Shown piece by piece: positions 42,054-50,525 of a DNA stretch of 64,000 nucleotides. Below the pieces are notes generated by a model. The model saw only the letters and a program-made list of their open reading frames with translations, ran no database searches and was not told the DNA's origin. Origin of the DNA: Candidatus Omnitrophota bacterium. GTDB taxonomy: Bacteria > Omnitrophota > Gorgyraeia > Gygaellales > Profunditerraquicolaceae. The translations under genes were made by a program, and so were the position numbers. Where the stretch lies: positions 8,402 through 72,401 of the forward strand of contig JAQURC010000002.1 of assembly GCA_028715785.1 (NCBI GenBank). Reading direction: 5' to 3'. Within the stretch, counting starts at the first letter, position 1. The number at the start of each line of letters is the position of its first letter.

Positions 42054-42060
42054 GGAATTG

Positions 42061-43107
42061 ATGGAAATTCGCGATTTACTTTTAATGTGTATCGAGAAGG
42101 ACGCTTCGGATCTGCATGTCACGGAAAATGAACCGCCGATCCTGCGCATTGACGGCAGGTTACTGCGCACAAACCTGGAGAAATTAGATAAGCCAAGTTT
42201 AAAAAAAATGATCCACAGCGTTCTTTCCAATTCCCAGAAAGAGGTTTTTGAGCGCGAATTGGAGCTTGATTTTTCGCTTGCCTTGCCGGATCTGGACCGT
42301 TTCCGCGTAAATGTCCATCTGCAGAAGGGCGCGGTGGAAGCGGCTTTTCGCCGTATCCCGATAGAGATACCGACTGTGGCAAAATTAGGCCTGCCTAAGA
42401 TTATAAGCGATTTAGCGCGCAAGCCCAACGGTTTAGTTTTGGTAACCGGGCCTACAGGTATGGGCAAGACCACTACTTTGGCGGCGATGATCGACCTTAT
42501 TAACAGCGAACGGGAATGTCTGATTACCTGCATCGAAGACCCGATCGAGTTTATCTATAACAATAAAAAGAGCATCGTTAAACAGCGCGAGGTTTATTCG
42601 GATACGCATTCTTTTGCCGAAGCCTTGCGTCATGCCCTGCGCCAGGATCCCAATGTTATCGTAGTCGGTGAAATGCGCGACTTAGAAACTATATCCACCG
42701 CTTTAACCGCGGCGGAAACCGGCCATCTTGTTTTAGCGACCTTGCATACGCCGGATGCCCCGCAAACTATCTCCAGGATCATCGATGTTTTCCCGCCGCA
42801 TCAGCAGACGCAGGTCAAATTGCAGCTTTCCGATTGTTTGCAGGGGGTAATTTCGCAGCTTCTGCTTCCGCACGCATCAGGCAAAGGAAGGGTGTTGGCT
42901 ACCGAGATCATGGTGGCAACCTCCAGTATCCGCAATCTTATCCGCGAGCAGCAGATAGAGCAGATCCCGACGATGATGCAGACCGGTTTGCAATACGGCA
43001 TGAATACTATGGACAGCTGCCTTAAAGATTTGACCCAAAAAGGCCTGATCACTTTGGATGTGGCTATGTCTAAAGTAAAGAATAGGGAAGAGTTTAAACA
43101 GCTATGA
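42061..43107 (+). CDS. pilT: type IV pilus retraction ATPase PilT-family
   Basis: 348 aa; Walker A GPTGMGKTTT, PilT family core; start corrected from 42025 (TTG within repeat). Confidence 0.85.
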   Translation: MEIRDLLLMCIEKDASDLHVTENEPPILRIDGRLLRTNLEKLDKPSLKKMIHSVLSNSQKEVFERELELDFSLALPDLDRFRVNVHLQKGAVEAAFRRIPIEIPTVAKLGLPKIISDLARKPNGLVLVTGPTGMGKTTTLAAMIDLINSERECLITCIEDPIEFIYNNKKSIVKQREVYSDTHSFAEALRHALRQDPNVIVVGEMRDLETISTALTAAETGHLVLATLHTPDAPQTISRIIDVFPPHQQTQVKLQLSDCLQGVISQLLLPHASGKGRVLATEIMVATSSIRNLIREQQIEQIPTMMQTGLQYGMNTMDSCLKDLTQKGLITLDVAMSKVKNREEFKQL

Positions 43108-43607
43108 GTATTGAAGGCAAAAGCGTAAAACTCGGGGATAATATAAATACGGATTTTATCATTTCCGGAAGGTATAAGTTTGCCATTACCGATATGAAGG
43201 AGCTGGCCAAACACATTATGGAGGATATCGACCCGAATTTTCCGCAGAAGATTGTTCCGGGAAAAACCATTATCGTCGCCGGCAATAACTTTGGCATGGG
43301 TTCAAGCCGCGAACAGGCCCCGTTGGTAATCAAAGAGGCCGGGGTTGTTGCGGTCCTATCCCCGCAATTTGCGCGCATATTTTTTCGCAATAGCTTTAAT
43401 ATCGGGCTGCCTTTGATTGAAACTGACACCAGTAAAATTGAGGAGGCAGACCGGCTCCAAATCGATTTAGATAAAGGTTTGGTAAAAAATCTCACCAAAG
43501 GCATTGATTTAGAGATTAAGCCTCTGCCTAAATTCATGCAGGACCTTTTAAGCGAAGGCGGCATAATTAATTATTACAAAAAACACGGAGAACTACCTGC
43601 GTTATAA
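43104..43607 (+). CDS. leuD: aconitase-family hydro-lyase small subunit (LeuD-like)
   Basis: 167 aa aconitase C-terminal swivel domain; 4-nt overlap with pilT. Confidence 0.75.
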   Translation: MSIEGKSVKLGDNINTDFIISGRYKFAITDMKELAKHIMEDIDPNFPQKIVPGKTIIVAGNNFGMGSSREQAPLVIKEAGVVAVLSPQFARIFFRNSFNIGLPLIETDTSKIEEADRLQIDLDKGLVKNLTKGIDLEIKPLPKFMQDLLSEGGIINYYKKHGELPAL

Positions 43608-43689
43608 AATTTGTGTAATTGAAAAAAAGAAAGCAATAAACCAGCGTTACACGTTACGCATTAAACGTTACACAAAATAATTATTTAAT

Positions 43690-44778
43690 ATGGTTCATAA
43701 AATAACTCTTATTCCCGGCGACGGTATCGGATATGAAGTTTCACTTGCGGCTAGGCGGTGCATCGAGGCCACGGGTGTTAATATCGAGTGGGAGAACGTG
43801 CTTGCCGGTTCCGATGCCCTGGATAAAACCGGGGAGCTCCTGCCGCAGAGCGCGCTGGATTCAATCAAGAAAAATAAGGTTGCCCTCAAAGGGCCGATCA
43901 CCACACCCATTGGAACCGGGTTTCGTTCGGTAAATGTGGCGATCAGGCAAGCGTTGGATCTTTACGCCTGCCTGCGTCCGGCTAAAAGTTATTTAGGGGT
44001 AAATAGCCGTTTTAAGGACATTGACTTGGTTATTGTCAGGGAAAACAGCGAAGACCTTTACGCCGGCATAGAATTTGAAGAGGGTAAGCCTGAAACTAAG
44101 AACCTGATCGCCCAGATTCAAAAGGACACCAAAAGGCTGATCCGCCGGGATTCCGGTATAAGCATCAAACCAATATCTAAATTCGCATCGGAGAGGATCG
44201 TAAAATTTGCCTTTGAGTATGCTTTAAAAAATAAACGTAAGAAAGTTACCTGCGTGCATAAGGCAAATATCATGAAATTTACCGACGGTTTATTTTTAAA
44301 AGTTGCCCGGGAGGTTGCCCAAAAGTATGCCGGAAAAATAATTTTTGAGGAAGCAATCGTGGATAATATGTGTATGCAGCTGGTGCAGAAGCCGCATAAT
44401 TATGATGTCTTGGTGCTGCCTAATCTTTACGGGGATATCATTTCTGACCTTTGCGCCGGGCTCATCGGCGGCCTGGGAATTGCACCCGGCGCCAATATCG
44501 GCGCGGAGCTGGCGGTTTTTGAAGCTGTGCATGGCTCTGCTCCGAAATATAAAGGGAAGAACAGAGTTAATCCCACGGCGATGATCTTGTCGGGGGCCTT
44601 GATGCTGCGTTATATTAATGAAGAAAAAGCTGCGGACAGCTTAGAAGAAGCGGTAAAGCAGGTGATTGCCGAAGGAAAATCCGTAACCTATGATTTAAAA
44701 GCCGATCCGCTTGACCCCGGCGCTGTTGGTACCGCGCAGATGGCTGATGCCATTATTGACAAGCTAAAAAGAATATAA
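43690..44778 (+). CDS. isocitrate/isopropylmalate dehydrogenase family protein (NAD-IDH-like)
   Basis: 362 aa; IPGDGIG, LDLYACLRP, NLYGDIISD motifs. Confidence 0.75.
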   Translation: MVHKITLIPGDGIGYEVSLAARRCIEATGVNIEWENVLAGSDALDKTGELLPQSALDSIKKNKVALKGPITTPIGTGFRSVNVAIRQALDLYACLRPAKSYLGVNSRFKDIDLVIVRENSEDLYAGIEFEEGKPETKNLIAQIQKDTKRLIRRDSGISIKPISKFASERIVKFAFEYALKNKRKKVTCVHKANIMKFTDGLFLKVAREVAQKYAGKIIFEEAIVDNMCMQLVQKPHNYDVLVLPNLYGDIISDLCAGLIGGLGIAPGANIGAELAVFEAVHGSAPKYKGKNRVNPTAMILSGALMLRYINEEKAADSLEEAVKQVIAEGKSVTYDLKADPLDPGAVGTAQMADAIIDKLKRI

Positions 44779-44782
44779 ACTT

Positions 44783-45703
44783 ATGAAGATTACCGTAATC
44801 GGCGCAGGAAACGTGGGGAGCCTGACTGCAATGCGCATCGCCCAGGATGGACTGGGCGATGTTTTGCTTATTGACATCGTCAAGGGGCTGGCGCATGGGA
44901 AGGCTTTGGATTTAGAGGATGCCCGGCCGCTCCTAAAACATAATTATAATATTCGAGGCAGTGATGATATCGCCCAGCTTAAGGATTCGGATATCGTGGT
45001 GGTTACCGCCGGCCTGGCGCGTAAACCCGGGATGAGCCGCGAAGAATTGCTGGCAAAGAATGCCCAGATTTTAAAAGGAGTGTGTTTGAATATAAAAGAG
45101 CTGGCCAGGAATGCGATTGTTATAATCGTCACCAATCCTTTGGATATTATGACTTTTTATGCCCTGAAAATTACCGGTTTTAAGCCCGGCAGACTTTTTG
45201 GCATGGGGATTAGTTTGGATACTGCCCGGTTTATCAATTTAATCGCCGGCGAATTAAATTTACCGGTTACGGATATTGAGGCATTAGTCATCGGCGCCCA
45301 CGGTGAAGGCATGCTTCCTTTGCCGGCTTTGGCTAAAGTTAAGGGTGTGGCGTTAGATGAATTTATCGGCGACGATAAGATTGGCGTATTAGTCAGCCGC
45401 ACGGTTGCCAGGGGCGCTGAAATCGTTGCCAACCTTGGAACAGGGAGCGCGTTTTTTGCCCCGTCAGCGGCAATCGCGGCAATAGTCAAAACAATAGTCA
45501 AGGATGAAAAACGCATTATTGGGTTGTGCAGTTATCTTAACGGAGAATACGGCATCAAGAATAGCTGTATAGGCGTTCCCTGCCGTTTAGGCAAAAACGG
45601 CATTGAACAGATTATTCAACTGGACCTTTCGCCGGAAGAGAAAAACAGGCTGACCAAATCCGCGCAGCTTGTAGCTGCTGCGGCAGCGCAATTATTGGCT
45701 TAA
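44783..45703 (+). CDS. mdh: malate dehydrogenase (LDH-like MDH)
   Basis: GAGNVG Rossmann motif; GLARKPGMSREEL with Arg specificity residue. Confidence 0.85.
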   Translation: MKITVIGAGNVGSLTAMRIAQDGLGDVLLIDIVKGLAHGKALDLEDARPLLKHNYNIRGSDDIAQLKDSDIVVVTAGLARKPGMSREELLAKNAQILKGVCLNIKELARNAIVIIVTNPLDIMTFYALKITGFKPGRLFGMGISLDTARFINLIAGELNLPVTDIEALVIGAHGEGMLPLPALAKVKGVALDEFIGDDKIGVLVSRTVARGAEIVANLGTGSAFFAPSAAIAAIVKTIVKDEKRIIGLCSYLNGEYGIKNSCIGVPCRLGKNGIEQIIQLDLSPEEKNRLTKSAQLVAAAAAQLLA

Positions 45704-45718
45704 AAACCAACCATACCT

Positions 45719-47002
45719 ATGTATGATCTGGCTGTTATTGGAGCAGGCTGGGCAGGTTTTAACGCTGCCCTAAAAGCAAAAGAGCTGGGCCTGAAGGTTT
45801 GCCTTATTGAATCCGGCCGGATCGGCGGAACCTGCCTTAATTTCGGATGTATTCCCACCAAAGCATTAATCGTTTGCGCGAAAATATTTCAGCTGGCTAA
45901 AAAAGCACCGGGTTTTGGGGTAGAGCTGGATAATCCGCGGTTTAATTTCACAAAAATCCAGGAAAGAAAAAATAAAATCGTCCGGGAGCTTGCCCAGGGG
46001 ATGCGCGGCAGGCTTGCCGGAATCGATCTTATCGAATCCGTTGCCCGGATCAGTTCTCCTAATGAAATAAAAGCCGATGGCCGCCTGATCAACAGTAAGT
46101 TTATACTTATTTCAACCGGCAGTCATTCGGTTCTATTGCCCGGGTTAAAGATTGATCAAGAAAAAATAATTTTAAGCGACCAAGCCCTGGCTTTATCGGA
46201 AATTCCCCAATCTTTATTAATTATCGGAGGAGGAGTAATTGGCTGTGAATTCGCCAGTCTTTTTTCTATTTTAGGCAGCAAGGTGGCCATTATTGAAAAG
46301 ATGCCGTTTCTTTTGCCGGGAGAAGACATGGATATAGCCAGAAAGATAGAAGTTATTTTTAAGAAAAAAGGAATCCAGGTAACTTGCGGCGCGGATATCG
46401 CTAATTTCAATTTGGAAGATTATTCCCGTATTTTAGTTTGCGTAGGCAGGACCGCCAATACCGCCGGTTTAGGTTTGGAAAACTTAGGCGTAGAATTGGC
46501 AAATAACAGGATAATCGTTGATGATTATCTTCAGAGCAGCGTTGCCGGTATATATGCGGCAGGAGATTGCGCCTCTAAGATAATGCTTGCTCATTATGCT
46601 GCTTATCAGGGGAGAGCGGCGGTTGAAAATATGGTTTCAAATAATAAGCATAAGGCGGATAATAAGATTGTGCCTGCCTGCATATTCACCGAGCCGCAGA
46701 TTGCCAGCGTCGGCTTAAATGAAGAGAACGCCCTGGCTGCCGGCTTATCGGTTAAAGTCCATAAATTTGATTTTCGCGCCAATGCCATGGCGCGCATTAT
46801 CGATGAGGCCGAAGGATTCATCAAGATTATTAGCAACCGGCAAACTCAGGAAGTGATCGGCGCCAGCATAATCGGTCCGCTTGCCAGCGAGTTAATCTCC
46901 ATTCTCTCTATGGCAATTTCAGCGCATTTGACTGTTGACCAGATTCGCGCGATGATATTGGCGCATCCCACTCTTTCTGAATCAATATATGAAGCTGTCT
47001 AA
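45719..47002 (+). CDS. lpd: dihydrolipoyl dehydrogenase
   Basis: 427 aa; GGTCLNFGCIPTK redox disulfide, FAD/NAD folds, C-terminal His-Pro-Thr-xSE. Confidence 0.85.
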   Translation: MYDLAVIGAGWAGFNAALKAKELGLKVCLIESGRIGGTCLNFGCIPTKALIVCAKIFQLAKKAPGFGVELDNPRFNFTKIQERKNKIVRELAQGMRGRLAGIDLIESVARISSPNEIKADGRLINSKFILISTGSHSVLLPGLKIDQEKIILSDQALALSEIPQSLLIIGGGVIGCEFASLFSILGSKVAIIEKMPFLLPGEDMDIARKIEVIFKKKGIQVTCGADIANFNLEDYSRILVCVGRTANTAGLGLENLGVELANNRIIVDDYLQSSVAGIYAAGDCASKIMLAHYAAYQGRAAVENMVSNNKHKADNKIVPACIFTEPQIASVGLNEENALAAGLSVKVHKFDFRANAMARIIDEAEGFIKIISNRQTQEVIGASIIGPLASELISILSMAISAHLTVDQIRAMILAHPTLSESIYEAV

Positions 47003-47007
47003 ACCAT

Positions 47008-47056
47008 CACCCCGCGCTTAGAGGAGTTGCGCGGGTGTGCCCTGGTGGGCAAGGAG
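47008..47056 (+). repeat. gene-proximal two-hairpin+SD element (upstream of lipoyl-domain gene)
   Basis: CACCCCGCGCTTAGAGGAGTTGCGCGGGTGTGCCCTGGTGGGCAAGGAGG. Confidence 0.75.
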
Positions 47057-47062
47057 GTTACC

Positions 47063-47299
47063 ATGATGAAAGTGGTGCTGCCGGAATTAGGGGAGGGTAT
47101 TACTAAGGCTACCGTGTCGTATTGGTTTTATAAGGACGGGGAAAAGGTAAACCGGAATGATGACCTGGTGGAATTGACTACCGATAAAACTACCTTTAAC
47201 CTGCCCAGCCCCTGCACAGGGGTAATTTCCGAAATAATGTATAGCGAAGGCGATAGCGTGGATGTGGGCCAGACATTGGCGGTAATTAACGAAGCCTGA
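47063..47299 (+). CDS. free-standing biotin/lipoyl attachment domain protein (78 aa)
   Basis: MMKVVLPELGEG...ELTTDKTTFNLPSPCTGVISEI (lipoyl-lysine context DKT); start corrected from 47027. Confidence 0.7.
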   Translation: MMKVVLPELGEGITKATVSYWFYKDGEKVNRNDDLVELTTDKTTFNLPSPCTGVISEIMYSEGDSVDVGQTLAVINEA

Positions 47300-47308
47300 C
47301 CATTCTTA

Positions 47309-47337
47309 TTGACATTATGCCGCTTCTTTAGTATACA
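47309..47337 (+). promoter_or_regulatory. candidate sigma70 promoter (TTGACA-17-TATACA) for the GAF/HD-GYP gene
   Basis: Hexamer match and spacing. Confidence 0.35.
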
Positions 47338-47373
47338 TGATTATGGTGGATAAACTAAGATTTAGACAGATAA

Positions 47374-48540
47374 ATGGCAATCGATTATAAAAAAGAATTA
47401 GAAAATACGGCCAGGAGCATGATCTTTGTGCATGATCCGGATTCCTTGATTAAATCAATCGTGCGCATGATCGTCAGTAAGGCTAAGATTACCCACGCCA
47501 GTTTCTTCTTGTATAGCCGGCAAAAACAGGGTTATCTGCTCACTGTTTCCAAGGGGTCGCTGGGCAAGAAGATTCCCTTGGATCTAATCTGTATCGATAA
47601 GGATGATGTGTTGGTCCGTTTTTTGAAGGAGCATAAGAGCGCCCCTATTTTTGGCAGAGAGGCCTTGGTTTACAGCCAGGCGGAAATTGCCTTAAAAAAT
47701 ACAAAATTAAAGCAGGACACCAAGAGCCAGCTGGCTCAGGTCCTTTATCAAATGGAGCTCTTGGATGCGGTTGTTTGCGTCCCGGGTTATTTCGGCAATG
47801 AGCTTCTGGGTTTTTTGTTATTGGGCAAGAAGGATTCAGGTAAGGATTTTATCGGCGAGGAATTAAATTTTTTTGCCGCCCTTAATTCTAATGTGGCAAT
47901 GGCTATTAAAAATGCCCAGCTTTTTAAGGAGCTGGAATATGAAGTAGAGCGCAAGCACCAGTTGTTTGTGCGTATCACCGTTGCATTTGCCGCGGCTATC
48001 GAGGCCAAGGATCATTATACCCGCAGCCATACCAGCCGGGTAACCAATATAAGCCTTGAGATTGCCCGCAGGATCGGACAAAAATCAAAAAGAAGCCTTG
48101 ATGGAAAATTTTTCGAGAATCTCCACATTGCCAGCCTCCTGCATGATATCGGCAAGATCGGCGTGCCGGAGTATATTTTAAACAAAAGAAGCGGGTTGAC
48201 TATCGGGGAGCGTAACCGCATCAAAGAGCACCCGATGATCGGGGTCGGTATTTTAAAACCGATTAAAGAACTGGAAGGGTCTTTGTTGGGGGTCAGGTAT
48301 CACCACGAGCGATTTGACGGCAAGGGGTATCCTGAAGGCTTAAAAGGAGACCAGATCCCCTTGGTTGCTTCGATAATCTCCGTAGCCGATTCTTTCGACG
48401 CCATGATTACTGACCGGCCCTATCGGACGGCTCTTAATAAGGCCGATGCGATTAATGAGATCAGGCATCTGGGCGGCCAGCAATTCTGTCCCCGCGTTAC
48501 CAATACTTTCCTGGAACTCTGCGAGGAAGGAAAAATCTAA
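47374..48540 (+). CDS. GAF-domain HD-GYP phosphodiesterase (c-di-GMP hydrolase family)
   Basis: HD motif HDIGKIGVP; HHERFDGKGYPEGL (GYP). Confidence 0.8.
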   Translation: MAIDYKKELENTARSMIFVHDPDSLIKSIVRMIVSKAKITHASFFLYSRQKQGYLLTVSKGSLGKKIPLDLICIDKDDVLVRFLKEHKSAPIFGREALVYSQAEIALKNTKLKQDTKSQLAQVLYQMELLDAVVCVPGYFGNELLGFLLLGKKDSGKDFIGEELNFFAALNSNVAMAIKNAQLFKELEYEVERKHQLFVRITVAFAAAIEAKDHYTRSHTSRVTNISLEIARRIGQKSKRSLDGKFFENLHIASLLHDIGKIGVPEYILNKRSGLTIGERNRIKEHPMIGVGILKPIKELEGSLLGVRYHHERFDGKGYPEGLKGDQIPLVASIISVADSFDAMITDRPYRTALNKADAINEIRHLGGQQFCPRVTNTFLELCEEGKI

Positions 48541-48547
48541 TTTTTCT

Positions 48548-49672
48548 ATGCGCCCTAAACGTATTATTTTGATGTATATTTCCGAAGTTTCCGGGCATCG
48601 CAGCGCCACCCTGGCCATTGAAAAGGCGGTCAAGGAATTACGTCCGGATACGGAGATCTTAAGCATCAATGCCTTTAATTACACTAATCCCATAACAGAA
48701 AAGGTGGTTAACCGGATCTATATGGAGGTAATTAAACGCACCCCCAAGCTTTGGGACTATCTTTATGATAATCCCAGCGTAGTTAAGGGGCTGGAAAATA
48801 TTAAACGGCGTATACATAAATCAAATTCGCCGAAACTTAAAAAACTTTTTGATCGTTTTAACCCCGATTTGGTGGTCTGCACCCAGGCATTCCCCTGCGG
48901 CATGGTTGCTGATTATAAAAAGGCTTATGGGTTAAATTTGCCGCTTGTGGCGGTGCTTACGGATTATATCCCGCATTCTTATTGGGTTTATGAGGAGGTG
49001 GATTACTATATAACCCCTTCGGAAGATGTCTCGGCGCGCTTAGAAAAAAAAGGAGTCGCTCCTTCAAAAATTAAGGCCTTGGGGATCCCCTTTGATCATA
49101 AGTTCAACCAAAAGTTGGATAAGGAAAGCGTCTTGCGTAAATTAAAATTAAACCCGCAGAAGCCGGTAATCTTAATTATGGGCGGCGGCCAGGGGCTGGG
49201 GCCGATTAAAACTATCGTTAAGTCATTGGAGAAAAGCGAAAATGATATCCAGGAATTGATTGTTGCCGGGATCAATAAAAAGTTATTGAATTCGCTAAAA
49301 CGAAAAATAAAGCATTATAAAAAAGACATCCATTTGTTTGGTTTTATACAAAATATCCATGAATTAATGCGTATCGCCGAGTTGATCATATCTAAACCGG
49401 GAGGGGTTACTACCGCCGAAGTCCTGAGTATGGGCCTGCCGATGATTATTGTCAAGCCTATCCCCGGCCAGGAGATCAATAATACCAATTTCTTGACGCA
49501 TAAGGGGGCGGCAATCAAGGTAGACAAGCCCGAAGAGGTCCATCGGGTTATCGATGATTTATTAAGGAACCGGACAAGATTAGAGCAGCTTAAGCTTGCT
49601 GCTTTAAGGATCGCCAAGCCCGGGGCAAGTATGGATATCGCCAAGCTTCTACTGAGTCTACAATCGTGCTAA
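48548..49672 (+). CDS. MGDG-synthase-like / GT28 diacylglycerol glycosyltransferase
   Basis: N-terminal MGDG_synth-like region (ILMYISEVSGHRSA), GT-B C-terminal; start corrected from 48446. Confidence 0.7.
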   Translation: MRPKRIILMYISEVSGHRSATLAIEKAVKELRPDTEILSINAFNYTNPITEKVVNRIYMEVIKRTPKLWDYLYDNPSVVKGLENIKRRIHKSNSPKLKKLFDRFNPDLVVCTQAFPCGMVADYKKAYGLNLPLVAVLTDYIPHSYWVYEEVDYYITPSEDVSARLEKKGVAPSKIKALGIPFDHKFNQKLDKESVLRKLKLNPQKPVILIMGGGQGLGPIKTIVKSLEKSENDIQELIVAGINKKLLNSLKRKIKHYKKDIHLFGFIQNIHELMRIAELIISKPGGVTTAEVLSMGLPMIIVKPIPGQEINNTNFLTHKGAAIKVDKPEEVHRVIDDLLRNRTRLEQLKLAALRIAKPGASMDIAKLLLSLQSC

Positions 49673-50523
49673 ATTATTATATTTATCGTTTTGGCCAATT
49701 TATCGCCCTAATCTTGCCAATCAAGATAGTTTATGCGATCGCGGTTTTTTTAGCCGACCTGCATTATTTTTTTGCTTTCCGCGACCGCCGGTTTGTAAAA
49801 GCCAACCTGCGGGTTATTTTTCCTGAAAGACCGGATAAAGAGCTGCGCAAAATAAGCAAACAGGTTTTTCGAAACTTCGCAAAATACCTGGTGGATTTTT
49901 TTCGTTTTGAAAAATTAAACCTTGGCTACATAGATAGAAACATAAAATTAGAAAATATGCATTATTTTGACCAGGCTCTAGCTAAGGGTAGAGGCGCGGT
50001 TGTCCTGACCGCCCACTTGGGCAATTGGGAGCTGGGAGGAGTGGTTATCGCGCTTTTAGGTTATCCCTTTTGGGTAGTGGCCCTGCCGCATAAAAACAAA
50101 AAAGTCGATATTTTCTTTAATACCCAGAGGAACAGGAAAGGAGTTAAGGTTGTGAGTATGGGCAAGGCTGTCCGAAGTTGTCTTTCCGAAATCAGGAATA
50201 ATCATATGGTCGCTTTGGTCGGTGACCGGGATTTTACCGAAAAAGGGATCACCATTGATTTTTTCGGTAAACCAACGCATTTTCCTGAAGGCCCGGCGGC
50301 TTTAAGCCTGATGACAGGGGCAAGTATTATTCCGGGTTTTATGCTTAGGAATCCGGATGATAGTTTTACATTAAGGATCGAAAAACCGGTGGAATTTTCT
50401 CCCACCGGGGATAAAACAAAAGATTTAGCCGGTTTGGTTGCGGTTTATAAAAATATTTTTGAGGATTATATCCGCCGGTATCCTGAACAGTGGTATGTTT
50501 TTCGCAGGTTTTGGGCTAAATAA
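49666..50523 (+). CDS. LpxL/HtrB-family lipid acyltransferase (lysophospholipid acyltransferase superfamily)
   Basis: HLGNWELGG motif; 285 aa. Confidence 0.7.
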   Translation: MLNYYIYRFGQFIALILPIKIVYAIAVFLADLHYFFAFRDRRFVKANLRVIFPERPDKELRKISKQVFRNFAKYLVDFFRFEKLNLGYIDRNIKLENMHYFDQALAKGRGAVVLTAHLGNWELGGVVIALLGYPFWVVALPHKNKKVDIFFNTQRNRKGVKVVSMGKAVRSCLSEIRNNHMVALVGDRDFTEKGITIDFFGKPTHFPEGPAALSLMTGASIIPGFMLRNPDDSFTLRIEKPVEFSPTGDKTKDLAGLVAVYKNIFEDYIRRYPEQWYVFRRFWAK

Positions 50524-50525
50524 AT

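Noticed and set aside
42025-42060. ORF-track N-terminal extensions (MRGCARVGKEEL..., MRGCALVGKEVT..., [11 protein letters not shown]..., MCPTDKEEE...) on pilT, lipoyl gene, rpsK and rplL
   Set aside because: These start at TTG/ATG inside the repeat-element hairpins upstream of the true SD-ATG; the conserved SD spacing and orthologous protein N-termini support the downstream starts.
1961-47056. CRISPR array interpretation of the repeated CACCCCGCGC... elements
   Set aside because: Copies are 0.4-11 kb apart, each tied to a start codon, with no uniform spacers and no cas genes; this is not a CRISPR architecture.
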